Origin: Mycolicibacterium smegmatis
GTDB taxonomy: Bacteria; Actinomycetota; Actinomycetes; Mycobacteriales; Mycobacteriaceae
Length of the DNA: 32,000 bases
Assembly (NCBI RefSeq): GCF_001457595.1
Contig: NZ_LN831039.1
Location: 420,001 to 452,000 of the forward strand
Direction of reading: 5' to 3'
This document shows, piece after piece, positions 8,901 through 22,100 of this stretch. Within the stretch, counting starts at the first letter, position 1. The number at the start of each line of letters is the position of its first letter. Made by a program: the position numbers and the translations under genes. The notes beneath the pieces are model-generated. The model was not told the DNA's origin and did no database searches. It worked only from the letters and a program-made list of their open reading frames with translations.

Positions 8901-11900
8901 CGTGACGTCTTCGTCGAGCAGACCATTGCGCGGTTGGCTTCGGTGGCGCAGGTTGTCACCGGCGAGAGCGACGCCTCCGACGACGGAACCGGCTCCGCGG
9001 TGCCGACCCCGATCATCCACTGGTTGCGCGAGGTCGACGGTGCGACGGACCAGTTCAACCAGACGCTCGTGGTGCAGGCCCCGGCCGGCGTCACCGAACC
9101 CGACGTGGTCGCGGTGCTGCAGGCCCTGCTCGATCGGCACGCGGCGTTGCGGTTGCGGGTCGAGGACCACGACGGCGAATGGTCACTGCTGGTGCCCGAT
9201 GCGGCAACGGTCGACGCACGTGACTGCCTCAGCGTGGTCGAGACGCTCAGCGACGACGTCGTGCTGGCCGCGCGTGCGCAGCTGAACCCGGCCGCCGGTG
9301 CGATGGTCAGTGCCCTGTGGGTTCGGCAGACCAGTCGGCTGGTGCTCATCATCCACCACCTCGCCGTCGACGGCGTGTCATGGCGGATCCTGCTGGAAGA
9401 CCTCAACATCGCCTGGGCCCAGCACCACAGTGGTCAGCAGGTCCAGCTCCCGGCCGGCGGAACGTCGTTCGTGCGGTGGTCCAAGCTGCTGGCCGACCAC
9501 GCGCGCACCGCCCAGGTGACCGCACAGGCCGACACGTGGCGAGAGATCCTGGCGAAGCCCGCGACGCTGCCCGCGGTGCGCCCGGACACCGACACCCATG
9601 TCAACGCCGGACGCTTCTCGGCGACGCTGGATCCCGAGACCACGCGACGGTTGCTCGGTGAGGTACCCGCGGCGTTCCACGCCGGTGTCCAGGACATCCT
9701 GCTGGTGGCGTTCGGCCTGGCCTGGTCGGAGTTCCTCGACCACTCGGGCGCCCCGATCACGGTCGACGTCGAGGGGCACGGGCGCCACGAAGAACTCGCG
9801 TCCGACGTCGACCTGTCGCGCACCGTGGGTTGGTTCACCACCAAGTACCCGGTGGCATTGACCGTGGCTGACGTGCCGTGGGCGCAGGTCGTGGCCGGTC
9901 ACGCCGCGCTGGGCCCGGTTGTCAAAGATGTCAAGGAACAGCTTCGCGCAGTACCGGACGGCCTGACCTACGGCCTGCTGCGGTATCTGAATTCCGAAGT
10001 GGAGCTGGGTGGTTCGGATCCGACGATCGGATTCAACTATCTGGGGCGGTTGGGCGCCGGTGCCGGGGAGCTGTCCGAGGAACTGTGGCGGATCGACCAG
10101 GGCAGCCTCGCGTTGACCGACGTGGTATCGGCCGTGCCGATGCCGCTGGCCCACACCGTCGAGCTCAACGCGGGCACCATGGACACCGACAACGGGCCGA
10201 GTCTGCAGGCGAGTTGGACGTGGGCCCCGTCGGCCTTCGACGAAGACAAGGCCGCCCGCCTGAGCCAATTGTGGTTCGAGGCGCTGGCCGGCATCTGCGC
10301 ACATGTCGCGGCCGGTGGTGGTGGCCTCACCCCGTCGGATATCGCGCCCGCGCGTTTGACCCAGCGCGAGATCGACCAGCTGACAACCAAGTTCGAGGTT
10401 GCCGACGTACTTCCCCTCACCCCGCTGCAGCAGGGCCTGTTGTTCCAGGCCGGCTTCGCCGAGGCCGCGGGTGCCGAGGCCGCGGGTGTGCCGAGCGACG
10501 ACGTCTACGCCGTCCAACTGGGCATCACGCTCAGCGGCAGCCTCGATCCGCAGCGGTTGCGTGATGCCGTGCAGATCGTGATCCGCCGCCACCCGAACCT
10601 TGCCGCGCGGTTCGTCGAACAGTTTGGCGAACCGGTGCAGGTGTTGTCCGTCGATCCCGAGATCGCCTGGCAGTTCGTCGAGTTCGACCCGGCGGACTCT
10701 GGTGTGGATGAACGTGTCGAGCAACTCTGCGCAGCAGAGCGTTCGGCGGTCTGCAAGCTCGCCGAGCAGCCGGTGTTCCGTGGCGCGCTGATCCGGACCG
10801 CCGACAACCTGCACCGGTTCGTGCTGACGATCCACCACATCGTCATCGACGGATGGTCGCTGCCGGTACTCCTCCAGGAGATCTTCACGGCCTATTTCGG
10901 TCAGCCGCTGCCGTCGCCCGCGCCGTACCGCAACTTCGTCACGTGGCTGGGCGCTCAGAACCGCGAGGCCGCGCACGCGGTGTGGGGATCGGTTCTCGAA
11001 GGCTTCGAGACGCCCACACTCGTCGCGCCGCCCGCGCAGGCGGGCCCGCGTGGCGTCGAGTCCTTCCGGCTGTCCGAGGAGACCACCCGCACCCTCGGCG
11101 AGCTCGCCCGCTCGCAGCACACGACCGTCAACACCGTGCTGCAGGCCGCCTGGGCGCAGCTGTTGATGTGGCTGACCGGGCAGCGCGACGTCGTGTTCGG
11201 CACCGCGGTCTCGGGCCGACCCGTGGACCTGCCCGGTGCGGATTCGATGGTCGGTCTGTTGATCAACACAGTGCCGGTGCGTGCGACGAGCGGTGCGGCC
11301 ACGACCGTCGCCGACCTCCTCGGCCAGCTGCAGCGCGACCACAACGACACGGTGGACCACGAGCACATGGCGCTCAACGAGATTCACCGTCTCACCGGAC
11401 ACGACCGGCTGTTCGACACGCTGTTCGTGTACGAGAACTACCCGATCGACGCCAACGCGCTGCTGAGCGTGCAGGATCTCGCGGTCACCGACTTCGCGAG
11501 CCGCGAGTACAACCACTATCCGCTGTCGATGGTCGCGACCCCGGGCCACGAGGTGGTCCTCCGCGTCGAATTCGACACCGAGATCTTCGACGCGCCGAGC
11601 ATCGAGGCACTCGTCAACCGGTTGCAGCGAGTGCTCGAAGCCATGGTCACGGAGCCGGCACGACGGCTCTCGACGATCGACCTGCTCGACGCTCAGGAAC
11701 ACGAACGCCTCGACCAGTGGGGCAACCGGGCCGTGCTGACACGTCCCGCGCCCGCACTCGAATCGATCCCGGCGTCGTTCGCCGAACAGGTTCGGCGCGT
11801 GCCCGATGCCGTGGCGCTCAGCTGCGGCGACCGGTCCTGGACGTACCGCGAACTCGACGAGGCCTCCAACCGGATGGCGCATCTGCTGGCTGGACGTGGC

Positions 11901-14900
11901 GCGAAACCCGGTGAGCGGGTGGCGATGTTGCTGCCGCGCACCGGGGAAGCCGTCGTGACCATCCTGGCGATCCTCAAGACCGGGGCGGCATACCTGCCGA
12001 TCGACCCCGCGCACCCGGACGCCCGGATCGAGTTCGTGCTCAAAGACGCGGCGCCCGTCGCGGCCGTCTCATCGGCCGACCTGCGTACCAGGCTGATCGC
12101 GTCCGGGGTACCGGTGATCGAGGTCGACGACCCGGCCATCGGCGCCGAGGCGAGCACGTCGCTGCCGGTCCCGGCGGTCGACGACATCGCCTACATCATC
12201 TACACCTCGGGTACCACCGGCACGCCGAAAGGTGTTGCCGTCACGCACCGTAACGTCGCACAGCTGCTCGACACCCTCGGCGCGCAGCTGGAGCTCGGGC
12301 AGACGTGGACGCAGTGCCACTCGCTGGCCTTCGACTACTCGGTGTGGGAGATCTGGGGTCCCCTGCTCAACGGCGGCCGCGTGCTCATGGTCCCTGACGC
12401 GGTCGTCCGTTCGCCGGAGGACCTGCACGCGATGCTCGTCGCCGAGCAGGTGAGCATGCTCAGCCAGACCCCGTCGGCGTTCTACGCGCTGCAGACCGCC
12501 GACGCGCTGTATCCCGAACGCGGCGAGCAACTCAAGCTGCAGACCGTGGTGTTCGGCGGCGAAGCGCTTGAGCCGCACCGGCTGTCGGGCTGGATGCACG
12601 CCCACCCGGGCATGCCGCGCATGATCAACATGTACGGCATCACCGAGACCACGGTGCACGCGTCCTTCCGCGAGATCGGCGAGGCCGATCTCGCGAACAG
12701 CACCAGCCCCATCGGTGTGCCACTCGAGCACTTGTCGTTCTTCGTGCTGGACGGCTGGCTGCGTCAGGTGCCGGTCGGAGTGGTCGGCGAGTTGTACGTG
12801 GCCGGAGAAGGTTTGGCGTGCGGATACATCAGCCGTTCCGACCTGACGTCGACACGTTTCGTCGCCTGCCCGTTCGGAGCACCGGGCGCACGCATGTACC
12901 GCACCGGCGATCTGGTGCGGTGGGGTGCCGGCGGCCAATTGCAGTACGTGGGACGTGCCGACGAGCAGGTCAAGATCCGCGGGTACCGCATCGAACTCGG
13001 TGAGGTGCACGCCGCGCTGGTCGGACTCGACGGTGTCGAGCAGGCCGCGGTGATCGCCCGCGAGGACCGCCCCGGTGACAAGCGGTTGGTGGGTTACGTG
13101 ACCGGCGCGGTCGACCCGGTGAAGGCCCGGGCCGCGCTCGCCGAGCGGATCCCCGCGTACATGGTGCCCGCGGCGATCGTGGTGATGGAGTCGCTGCCGT
13201 TGACGGTCAACGGCAAGCTCAACACGCGCGCGCTGCCGGCCCCCGAGTACCAGGACGCAGATCAGTACCGGGCACCGGCGAGCGCCGTGGAGGAACTGCT
13301 GACCGGTATCTACGCACAGGTTCTCGGTGTCGAGCGGGTCGGCGTGGACGACTCGTTCTTTGATCTCGGCGGCGACAGCATCTCCTCGATGCAGGTGGTG
13401 GCGCGGGCACGCGCCGCAGGCCTGGTGTGCCGCCCGCGGGACATCTTCGTCGAGCAGACCGTTGCCCGTCTGGCGCAGGTCGTGGCGTTCGCCGAAGGCG
13501 AGTCCGGCGTGGTCGACACCGGTGTCGGCCCTGTCGTGGCAACCCCGATCATGCGCTGGCTGTACAGCCTTGACGGACCGATCGACCAGTTCAACCAGAC
13601 CGTGGTGCTGCAGGCCCCGGCCGAGGTGACCGAGGCCGATGTCATCGCGGTGCTCCAGGCGGTCCTTGATCACCACGCGATGTTGCGTCTGCGGGTCGAG
13701 GACGCCGCGAACTGGGATCTGGCTGTGCCGGAGCCTGGTTCGGTCGATGCGCGCGATCGTCTGTGCACCGTCGGAGAATTGACCGCCGACAGCCTCGCGG
13801 CGGTGCGCGAGCAGCTCGACCCGGCGACCGGGGCGATGCTCACCGCTGCGTGGGTTCCCGAGACACGGCAACTCGCGCTGATGGTCCATCACCTCGCGGT
13901 CGATGCGGTGTCGTGGCGGATCCTGTTGGAGGACCTCAACATCGCCTGGGCGCAGCACCGGAACGGTCAGCCCGTGGTGCTGCCCACCCCCGGCACGTCG
14001 TTCGGCAAGTGGTCCAGGTTGCTGGACCAGCACGCGCGTTCAGCCGATGTGCTCGCCACCGCCGAGGCGTGGCGTGCGGTCTCCGCGGCCCAGGCAGCGC
14101 TGCCCGCGCCGCAACCCGATACCGACGTCTACGCGAATGCCGGCCAGCTGTCGGCCTCACTCGATGTCGAGACCACGCGCCAACTGCTCGGTGACGTGCC
14201 CGCGGCCTTCCATGCCGGGGTGCAGGACATCCTGCTGATCGCGTTCGGGCTGGCCTGGAGCGAGTACCTGGGTTCAGAGCACGGACGCATCGGAATCGAC
14301 GTCGAGGGCCATGGCCGGACCGAAGAATTGTTCGGTGATGCGGACCTGTCCCGCACCGTGGGCTGGTTCACTTCCAAGTACCCGGTGGCACTGGAATTCG
14401 ATCGCAACGACGGCGGCATCTCCTGGGAGCAGGTCGTCTCCGGTGACGCCGCGCTCGGAGCGGTGATCAAGAACGCCAAGGAGCAGCTGCGCGGCGTTCC
14501 CGACGGCCTCACCTACGGACTGCTGCGGTACCTGAATCCCGAAGTCGAGCTTGGCGATTCGGATCCGACGATCGGGTTCAACTACCTGGGCCGGCTCGGT
14601 GCCGGCGCCACGGATCTCTCCGATGAGCTGTGGCGGCTCGACCAGGACGCGGTGACGCTGACCGCTGCCGCCGGCCGGGTGAACACGCCGCTCGGGCACA
14701 CCGTCGAACTCAACGCGGGCACGATGGACACCGAGGCCGGACCGCAACTGCAGGCCACCTGGACCTGGGCCCCGTCGGCACTCGACGAGGAACAGATCCA
14801 GAAGGTCAGCAAGCTGTGGTCGGATGCGCTGGCAGGGATCTGTGCCCACGTCCGCTCGGGTGGTGGCGGCTTGACGCCGTCCGATGTCGCACCTGCGCGG

Positions 14901-16190
14901 CTGAGTCAGCAGCAGATCGACGATCTCACAGCGCAATTCGACATGGTCGACGTGCTGCCGCTCACGCCGCTGCAGCACGGCCTGCTGTTCCACACCGGGC
15001 TGTCGCAGGACAGCGAGGACCTCTACGCGGTGCAGCTCGACATCTCGGTGTCGGGCCGGCTCGATGTGGAGCGCATGCGCGATGCGGTGCAGACGGTGAT
15101 CACGCGAAGGCCCAACGTGGTCGCGCACTTCTACGAGGACTTCGGCGAACCGGTGCAGATCCTGCCCGCGAACCCCGAACTCGCGTGGCAATACGTCGAC
15201 CTGAGCGGTCGGTCGGACATCGACGCGCAGATTGCGCAGATCTCGGCGGCCGAGCGGGCCGCGGTGTGCCGGCTCGGTGATCAGCCGCCGTTCCGCGCCG
15301 CGGTGCTGCGGACCGGCGAAGAGACCTACAGGTTTGTGCTGACCAACCACCACATCGTCCTGGACGGCTGGTCGAAACCGATTCTGCTGCAGGAGATCTT
15401 CGTCAGTTACTTCGGTCAGCGGCTGCCCGCGCCGGTGCCGTACCGGCGTTTTGTCTCGTGGCTTGCCGAGCAGGACAACGACGCGGCGCGGGCGGCATGG
15501 CGCGGGGTGTTCAACGGTTTCGAGACCCCGACCCTGGTCGGCACACCGGGCCTGGCCCTCGGGCGCCGTGCTGTCGAGTCGTTCCAGGTCTCGGCCGAGA
15601 CCACACAGGCGCTCGGTGAACTGGCGCGCTCCTGCCACACGACCGTGAGCACCGTGCTGCAGGGGGCATGGGCGCAGGTGCTCATGTGGCTGACCGGGCA
15701 ACCCGATGTGGCGTTCGGTACCGCGGTCTCGGGCCGCCCGACCGATGTGCCCGGTGCGGATTCGATGGTGGGTCTGTTGATCAACACCGTCCCGGTGCGT
15801 GCCACGATCACGCCGGAAACGACCGTCGCGAGCCTGATGAATCAACTGCAGGGCGCCTATACCGATACGCTGGATCACCAGCACCTGGCGCTCAACGAGA
15901 TTCACCGGGCCACGGGGCATGATCAACTGTTCGACACAGTATTTGTCTACGAAAATTATCCGATCGACACAGCAGCGTTGCTGGGCGTTCAAGAGTTGTC
16001 CATCACGGATTTCACCAACCGCGAGTACAACCACTACCCACTTTCTGTGCAAGCCGTGCCCGGCCATGAGCTGGGGTTACGGGTCGAATACGACACGAAC
16101 GTCTTCGATCGGCAACGCATCAAGAGGTTGGTGAACCGGTTGCAGCGGGTATTGGTGGCCATGACCGCGGATATGAGGGAGAAGTCATGA
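5910..16190 (+). CDS. mps1: Non-ribosomal peptide synthetase Mps1, domain order C(starter)-A1-T1-E1-C2-A2-T2-E2-C3
   Basis: Landmarks: C1 HHISVDG 6318-6338; T1 GGDS Ser 8841-8843; E1 [10 protein letters not shown] from 9354; C2 HHIVIDG 10833-10853; T2 GGDS Ser 13377-13379; E2 [10 protein letters not shown] from 13887; C3 HHIVLDG 15348-15368. A1 about 7.27-8.71 kb, A2 about 11.76-13.25 kb. Hand-read specificity codes: A1 DAWTVVGIC (Phe-like), A2 DYWSVGMVH (Thr-like). Confidence 0.96.
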   Translation: MEPVDGALPLSRGQLDIWLSQESGLAGAEWQLGLLGKIDGVVDHGLLQQAIRQALQEAEPARATFFEADGQVFQKPLDYSDLDVPLYDVRDADDPEAKAREMAAEIQHTPLPLTGRLVKFALFQTRAEQFYLFGLGHHISVDGLGMALVSRRISTIYSSLVAGKPVPDAYFGSLRDLVECEMSYEASADYQDDLAYWSENLPPDTGLDQGLAPTSHGKNAYTPSASVPIDPSVVGKIKVLSKNLRIRRYSVTTAACALLAQSWSATGDQVALDFPVSRRVTPESKTLPAMLAGVAPLVLDAPPNVTVGEFCKQVDARIRELLAHQRFPVHRLGDGGARQTSNRLAVNFIPSRLTLDFAGAEATASYTNHGPMGHFGLFFIGAGDELFLSTAGAGRPFADFEVADLADHIQQVVMAMAADPDRPLSSIDTVAAVEHTEVEDFGHQTVLTEHPDAITILELFGKHMSNAPDAPAMTYQDRTMTFRELDEAANRFAHLLIAHGARPGERVALLSPRTDRAVIAILAVLKTGAAYVPIDPVVPASRIDFILGDSTPIAAITTAELRSRLVDHDLTVIDIDDPAIAGQPGTPPAGPVPDDMAYIIYTSGTTGTPKGVAVSHHNVTRLMAALESGLPHPGTWPLCHSLAFDASVWEIGNALLRGGRLVVVPESVTASPEEFHDLLVREKIDAFTQTPSAVAMLSSEGLDGTTLVVVGEACPPAVVDKWAPGRAMVNGYGPTETTICVTTSAPLQPGSVVPIGYPLPGAGLFVLDAWMRPVPKGVAGELYVAGDGVTYGYIGRSGLTASRFVACPFGEPGKRMYRTGDLVRWCEDGQLEYLGRADEQVKIRGFRIELGEVQAALADLDGVESAAVIAREDRPGDKRLVGYITGTADPAELRTQLGDRLPPYMVPVAIVVLDALPLTPNNKLDTRALPAPEYVSSGGHYRAPSNPVEEVLADIFAQVLGVERVGVDDSFFDLGGDSILSMQVVARARAAGIQCRPRDVFVEQTIARLASVAQVVTGESDASDDGTGSAVPTPIIHWLREVDGATDQFNQTLVVQAPAGVTEPDVVAVLQALLDRHAALRLRVEDHDGEWSLLVPDAATVDARDCLSVVETLSDDVVLAARAQLNPAAGAMVSALWVRQTSRLVLIIHHLAVDGVSWRILLEDLNIAWAQHHSGQQVQLPAGGTSFVRWSKLLADHARTAQVTAQADTWREILAKPATLPAVRPDTDTHVNAGRFSATLDPETTRRLLGEVPAAFHAGVQDILLVAFGLAWSEFLDHSGAPITVDVEGHGRHEELASDVDLSRTVGWFTTKYPVALTVADVPWAQVVAGHAALGPVVKDVKEQLRAVPDGLTYGLLRYLNSEVELGGSDPTIGFNYLGRLGAGAGELSEELWRIDQGSLALTDVVSAVPMPLAHTVELNAGTMDTDNGPSLQASWTWAPSAFDEDKAARLSQLWFEALAGICAHVAAGGGGLTPSDIAPARLTQREIDQLTTKFEVADVLPLTPLQQGLLFQAGFAEAAGAEAAGVPSDDVYAVQLGITLSGSLDPQRLRDAVQIVIRRHPNLAARFVEQFGEPVQVLSVDPEIAWQFVEFDPADSGVDERVEQLCAAERSAVCKLAEQPVFRGALIRTADNLHRFVLTIHHIVIDGWSLPVLLQEIFTAYFGQPLPSPAPYRNFVTWLGAQNREAAHAVWGSVLEGFETPTLVAPPAQAGPRGVESFRLSEETTRTLGELARSQHTTVNTVLQAAWAQLLMWLTGQRDVVFGTAVSGRPVDLPGADSMVGLLINTVPVRATSGAATTVADLLGQLQRDHNDTVDHEHMALNEIHRLTGHDRLFDTLFVYENYPIDANALLSVQDLAVTDFASREYNHYPLSMVATPGHEVVLRVEFDTEIFDAPSIEALVNRLQRVLEAMVTEPARRLSTIDLLDAQEHERLDQWGNRAVLTRPAPALESIPASFAEQVRRVPDAVALSCGDRSWTYRELDEASNRMAHLLAGRGAKPGERVAMLLPRTGEAVVTILAILKTGAAYLPIDPAHPDARIEFVLKDAAPVAAVSSADLRTRLIASGVPVIEVDDPAIGAEASTSLPVPAVDDIAYIIYTSGTTGTPKGVAVTHRNVAQLLDTLGAQLELGQTWTQCHSLAFDYSVWEIWGPLLNGGRVLMVPDAVVRSPEDLHAMLVAEQVSMLSQTPSAFYALQTADALYPERGEQLKLQTVVFGGEALEPHRLSGWMHAHPGMPRMINMYGITETTVHASFREIGEADLANSTSPIGVPLEHLSFFVLDGWLRQVPVGVVGELYVAGEGLACGYISRSDLTSTRFVACPFGAPGARMYRTGDLVRWGAGGQLQYVGRADEQVKIRGYRIELGEVHAALVGLDGVEQAAVIAREDRPGDKRLVGYVTGAVDPVKARAALAERIPAYMVPAAIVVMESLPLTVNGKLNTRALPAPEYQDADQYRAPASAVEELLTGIYAQVLGVERVGVDDSFFDLGGDSISSMQVVARARAAGLVCRPRDIFVEQTVARLAQVVAFAEGESGVVDTGVGPVVATPIMRWLYSLDGPIDQFNQTVVLQAPAEVTEADVIAVLQAVLDHHAMLRLRVEDAANWDLAVPEPGSVDARDRLCTVGELTADSLAAVREQLDPATGAMLTAAWVPETRQLALMVHHLAVDAVSWRILLEDLNIAWAQHRNGQPVVLPTPGTSFGKWSRLLDQHARSADVLATAEAWRAVSAAQAALPAPQPDTDVYANAGQLSASLDVETTRQLLGDVPAAFHAGVQDILLIAFGLAWSEYLGSEHGRIGIDVEGHGRTEELFGDADLSRTVGWFTSKYPVALEFDRNDGGISWEQVVSGDAALGAVIKNAKEQLRGVPDGLTYGLLRYLNPEVELGDSDPTIGFNYLGRLGAGATDLSDELWRLDQDAVTLTAAAGRVNTPLGHTVELNAGTMDTEAGPQLQATWTWAPSALDEEQIQKVSKLWSDALAGICAHVRSGGGGLTPSDVAPARLSQQQIDDLTAQFDMVDVLPLTPLQHGLLFHTGLSQDSEDLYAVQLDISVSGRLDVERMRDAVQTVITRRPNVVAHFYEDFGEPVQILPANPELAWQYVDLSGRSDIDAQIAQISAAERAAVCRLGDQPPFRAAVLRTGEETYRFVLTNHHIVLDGWSKPILLQEIFVSYFGQRLPAPVPYRRFVSWLAEQDNDAARAAWRGVFNGFETPTLVGTPGLALGRRAVESFQVSAETTQALGELARSCHTTVSTVLQGAWAQVLMWLTGQPDVAFGTAVSGRPTDVPGADSMVGLLINTVPVRATITPETTVASLMNQLQGAYTDTLDHQHLALNEIHRATGHDQLFDTVFVYENYPIDTAALLGVQELSITDFTNREYNHYPLSVQAVPGHELGLRVEYDTNVFDRQRIKRLVNRLQRVLVAMTADMREKS

Positions 16191-19100
16191 CTGCCGAACC
16201 GTCCACGCGGACTCTGCTGTCGTTCGACCTCCTCGACGAGGACGAGCACGACCAGATCGAGGTATGGGGTAACCGCGCGGTCCTGACCGACCCGGGCCCG
16301 ACGCCGGTCACCATTCCCGCGCTGTTCGCCGAACAGGTGGTCCGCGCCCCGGACGCGGTCGCGCTCGTGTCCGGCGACCGCTCGTGGACCTACCGCGAAC
16401 TGGACGAGGCCTCCAACCGGCTGGCACATGTGTTGGCCGAACACGGTGCGAAACCCGGTGCGACAGTGGCGTTCTTGATCCCGCGGTCCGGCGAGGCGAT
16501 TCTGTCGATCCTCTCGGTGCTCAAGACAGGTGCCGCATATCTGCCCGTCGACCCGGCACACCCCGACGCGCGCATCGGGTTCATGATGTCCGATGCGAAG
16601 CCCGTAGCGGCGCTGACCACCGCTGACCTGCGGTCACGTCTCGACCAGTACGACCTTGCCGTCATCGACATGGCAGATCCGGCGATCGACCGGCGTCCCA
16701 GCGACGCGCTGTCCGGGCCCAGGCCCGACGACCTCGCCTACATGACCTACACGTCCGGCACCACCGGCGTGCCCAAGGCCGTCGCCGTCACCCACCACAA
16801 CGTCACCCAATTGGTGAGCGCACTGCACGCCGACCTCCCTTCCGGGCCCGGCCAGGTGTGGTCGCAGTGGCATTCGCTGGTGTTTGACGTCTCGGTGTGG
16901 GAGATCTGGGGTGCCCTGCTGCACGGCGGCCGGCTGGTCGTCGTCCCCGAGTCCGTCGGCAGCTCGCCCGACGACCTGCACAACCTGCTGATCACCGAGA
17001 AGGTCAGTGTGCTGTGCCAGACGCCGTCCGCGGCAGGCATGTTGTCTCCGGAAGGGCTCGAGTCGACGACGCTGATCGTCGCAGGCGAGGCCTGCCCGAC
17101 CGAGCTGGTCGATCGATGGGCCCCGGGCCGCGTCATGATCAACGCGTACGGCCCGACCGAGGCCACCATCTACGCGGCGATGAGCGAGCCCCTGACGGCG
17201 GGCACGGGCGTCGCTCCGATCGGTGCTCCCGTCCCCGGCGCGGCCCTGTTCGTGCTGGACAAGTGGCTGCGCCCCGCTCCCGAAGGCGTGGTCGGTGAGC
17301 TGTACGTGGCCGGACACGGCGTCGCGACTGGCTACATCGGGCGTCCGGATCTGACCGCGTCGCGGTTCGTGGCGTGCCCGTTCGGCGAAACCGGCGAGCG
17401 GATGTACCGCACGGGAGATCTGGTTCGTTGGGGTTCGGACGGTCAGCTGGAGTACCTCGGCCGTGCCGACGAGCAGGTCAAGATCCGTGGTTACCGCATC
17501 GAACTCGGCGAGATCCAGGCCGCGCTGGCCAAGCTGGACGGCGTCGACCAGGCCGTCGTGATCGCCCGTGAGGACCGCCCCGGCGACAAGCGCCTGGTGG
17601 GTTACATCACCGGGACCGCCGATCCGGCACAGCTGCGTACGGCCCTGGCCGAGAGCCTGCCCGCCTACATGGTCCCCACCGCGGTGGTGGTGCTGGATAC
17701 CATCCCCTTGACGGTCAACGGGAAACTCGACCGCCGGGCCCTGCCCGCACCTGAATATCGCAGTGCGGCAAACGATTACCGTGCACCGTCGACACCGGCC
17801 GAGCAGATCCTCGCCGACGTCTACGCGCAGGTGCTAGGTGTCGAGCGGGTGGGTGTCGACGATTCGTTCTTCGACCTCGGCGGCGACAGCATCCTGTCGA
17901 TGCAGGTGGTCGCCCGGGCGCGGGCCGCTGGGATCCAGTGCCGCCCGCGCGACATCTTCGTCGAGCAGACCGTCGCCGGTGTGGCCCGCGTGGCCGTCGC
18001 GGCCGGTGAATCCCACGTCGTCGACGAGGGTGTCGGCCCGGTGGTCGCCACCCCGATCATGCGTTGGCTGCGCGAAGTCGACGGACCCACCGGTCAGTTC
18101 AACCAGACGGTGATCACCCAGGCTCCGGCCGGTGTCACCGAGGACGACGTGGTGGTGATCCTGCAGGCGCTGCTGGATCGGCACGCGACGCTGCGACTGC
18201 GGGTCGAGGACACGCAAGAAGACACCGACGAGTGGTCGCTGCTGGTGCCGGAGGCCGGCGCCGTCGGGGCCCGCGAGTGCCTTCGCACCGTCGACGCACT
18301 GACCGACGACGTACTGGTCGAGGCGCGCAACCGCCTCGATCCCGCCGCCGGTGCCATGGTCAGCGCGGTCTGGGTGCGCGAGACGAGCCAACTGGTGCTG
18401 ATGATCCACCACCTCGCGGTCGACGGGGTGTCGTGGCGAATCCTTTTGGAAGACCTCAACATCGCCTGGGCCCAGCACTGCACCGGGCAGTCCATTGAGC
18501 TGCCTGCAGGCGGCACGTCGTTCGCGCGCTGGAGCGCTCTGCTGGCCGAACACGCGAAGACCGATACGGTGCGCGACCTCGCCGACGCATGGCGCGCGGT
18601 CACCTCCGTCCCACAGGCACTGCCGCCGGTGCAGCCCGACACCGACACCTACGTCACAGCCGGGCAGCTCTCGGCCTCGCTGGACGTGGAAACCACACGT
18701 CAGCTGCTGGGTGAGGTGCCCGCGGCGTTCCGCGCCGGTGTCCAGGACATCCTCCTGGTCGCCTTCGGGCTGGCATGGACCGAGTTCCTGAACCGCTCGG
18801 ACACCCCGATCGGCGTCGACGTCGAGGGCCACGGCCGCTACGACGAACTGGCATCCGACGTCGACCTGTCACGCACGGTCGGCTGGTTCACCACCAAGTA
18901 CCCGGTCGCGCTGACCGTGGAAAATTTGCCGTGGGAGCAGGTCGTCGCCGGTGACGCCGCGCTCGGTGGGATCGTCAAGGCCGTCAAGGAGCAGTTGCGG
19001 TCGCTGCCCGAGGGTCTGACCTACGGTTTGTTGCGGTACCTGAATCCCGAAGTGGACCTGGGTGGTTCGGATCCGACGATCGGTTTCAACTACCTGGGAC

Positions 19101-22100
19101 GGCTGGGCGCCGGCGCCGGCGAACTGTCCGAGGAACTGTGGCGCATCGACCAGGACAGCCTCGCGCTGAGCGACGCGGCGTCCGCGGTGCCCATGCCACT
19201 GATGCACACCGTCGAGCTCAACGCGGGCACCATCGACACCGACAACGGACCGAGCCTGCGTGCCAGCTGGACGTGGGCCCCTTCGGCGTTCGACGAGGAG
19301 CAGGCCACGCGGTTGAGTCGGCTCTGGTTCGAGGCGCTGGCGGGGATATGCGCGCACGTCCGAGGCGGCGGCGGTGGCCTCACCCCGTCCGATGTCGCAC
19401 CTGCGCGCCTGACCCAGCGTCAGATCGACGAACTGTCCCAGCGCTACGACGTCACCGACGTCCTGCCGCTCACGCCGGTCCAGCAGGGTCTGCTGTTCCA
19501 CTCGACGTTCGCGCGCGGTATCGGTGACGACGTCTATGCGGTGCAACTCGACATCACCATCACCGGTGTTCTCGACCAGCACCGTCTCCGGGACGCTGTG
19601 CACACGGTCGTGGCGCGGCACCCCAACCTCGCGGCGCGGTTCGTCGAACAGTTCGGCGAACCGGTGCAGGTGCTCACGGCCGATCCGATGATCGCGTGGC
19701 GGTACCTGGATCTGCGCGGAGACGATCTCACGCCCGACCACGAGATCGAGCAGTTGTGCGCCGCCGAGCGCTCGGCCGTGTGCGATCTGCTCGAACGGCC
19801 GACGTTCCGCGCCGCGCTGATCCGTACCTCGGGTAATCAGCACAGGTTCGTACTGACGTTCCACCACATCGTCATCGACGGCTGGTCGTTGCCGATCTTG
19901 CTGCAGGAGATCTTCGCCGGGTACTTCGGGCATCGGCTGCCCGCCGCGGCGCCGTACCGCAATTTCGTCAATTGGCTTGCGACGCAGGACGCCACCGCCG
20001 CCAAAGCGGCATGGCGTGAGGTGCTCGACGGGTTCGAGACACCCACCCTGGTCGCACCGCCCGGCGTACCCGGGCCGCGGGGTATCGAGTCGTACCGCGT
20101 GTCCGCCGAAACCACGCGCGCCCTCGGTGAACTCGCGCGGTCACAGCACACCACCATCAACACCGTGCTGCAGGCTGCGTGGACCCAGCTGCCCATGCGG
20201 ATGACCGGTCAGCGCGACGTCGCGTTCGGCACGGCGGTATCGGGGCGGCCTGCCGACCTGGCCGGCGCGGAGTCGATGGTGGGCCTGTTGATCAACACCG
20301 TGCCGATCCGGGCGAAGGTCTCGGCGGACACCACAGTGGGTGATCTGTTGCGTCAGCTGCAGAGCCATCACAACGACACACTCGAGCACGAGCACTTGGC
20401 ACTCAACGACATCCACCACGTCTCGGGGCACGAGCAGCTGTTCGACACGTTGTTCCTGTACGAGAGCTACCCGATCGACACGAGCGCGTTCATGGGTGTG
20501 CAGGAGCTGGCGGTCACCGAGTTCAACAACCGCGAGTACAACCACTACCCGCTCTCGGTGATGGCGCTGCCCGGGCACGAACTGGGCCTACGCGTGGAGT
20601 ACGACACCTCGGTGTTCGACGTCAGCGAGATCGAGACCTTGATCGACCGGTTCCAGCGGCTGCTGGAGGCCATGATCGACGACCCCGCTCGGCGCCTGTC
20701 GTCGATGGACGTCGTCGACGACGACGAGCGCACACAGCTCGACGAATGGGCCAACCGTGCGGTCCTCACGCAGCCGGTCGACTCTCCGCAGTCCATCCCG
20801 GAGGTGTTCGCCCGACAGGTGGAGCGCGATCCCGAGGCGCCGGCGGTCACCTTCGAGGGCGAGTCGCTCAACTACGGCGAACTCGACGAGGCCGCAAATC
20901 AGTTGGCGAACCTGCTGGCGGTTTACGGTGCCGCGCCGGGGAAGTCCGTGGCCCTCATGGTGCCCCGTTCGGCCGATGCCATCGTCGCGATCCTCGCGGT
21001 GCTCAAGACCGGGGCGGCGTACCTGCCGATCGACCCGTCGGTACCCGCCGCGCGGTTGGAGTTCATGCTCGGTGACGCCAAGCCCGTCGCCGCCGTCACC
21101 ACCGGTGATCTGCGTTCCCGCTTCGACGGTTTCGATCTGCAGGTCGTCGAGGTCGACGATCCAGCGGTCGAGATCTACCCCAGCACAACGCTGCTCACGC
21201 CTTCGCCGGACGACATCGCGTACATGATCTACACGTCGGGAACCACCGGTGTGCCCAAGGGCGTGGCGATCACACACGGCAACGTGACACAGGTGCTCGA
21301 CACGTTGCCTGCCGAGCTGCCCGCCGGACCTGGCGCGGTGTGGTCGCAATGGCATTCGCTGGTGTTCGACGTCTCGGTGTGGGAGATCTGGGGTGCGCTG
21401 CTGCACGGTGGCCGTCTGGTGATCGTGCCCGAGTCGATCGCCGGCTCGCCCGACGACCTGCACGCGCTGCTGGTCTCCGAAGGGGTCAACGTGCTCTACC
21501 AGACCCCCTCGGCGGTGCGGATGATGTCGCCGGAGGGATTGGAAGGCACCGCGCTGGTGGTGGCGGGCGAGGCCTGCCCCACCGAGGTCGTCGACCGCTG
21601 GGCCGTCGATCGCGTGATGATCAACGCCTACGGACCGACGGAATCCACGATCTACGCGGCCATCAGCGCGCCGCTCTCGCCGGGGTCCGATGTGGTCCCG
21701 ATCGGCTCGCCGGTACCCAAGGGAGCGACCTTCGTCCTCGACGAGTGGCTGCGCCCCGTGCCGCCGGGGGTGGTCGGCGAGCTGTACCTGGCAGGTCGCG
21801 GTGTCGGCGTGGGCTATGTGGGCCGCAGCGGCCTGACCGGGACACGCTTCGTGGCGTGCCCGTTCGGCGAGCCGGGTGCGCGGATGTACCGCACCGGCGA
21901 TCTCGTGCGATGGGGTGACGACGGGCAGCTGCAGTACCTGGGCCGTGCCGACGAGCAGGTCAAGATCCGCGGCTACCGCATCGAGCTCGGCGAGATCCAG
22001 GCAGCATTGTCCGACGTGGACGGCGTCGACCAGGCGGTCGTGATCGCCCGCGAGGACCGTCCCGGCGACAAGCGACTGGTGGGTTACATCACCGGTACCG

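Noticed and set aside
9378-12014. 878-aa minus-strand ORF opposite mps1
   Set aside because: Antisense to unambiguous NRPS domains; composition is the R/G/H/V-rich shadow translation expected in high-GC DNA, with no family motif.
12069-14033. 654-aa minus-strand ORF opposite mps1 A2-T2-E2
   Set aside because: Antisense shadow ORF. The similar ORF at 20588-22552 is opposite the homologous mps2 module, which explains the resemblance.
14274-16067. 597-aa minus-strand ORF opposite mps1
   Set aside because: Antisense shadow of E2/C3; no independent start or motif support.
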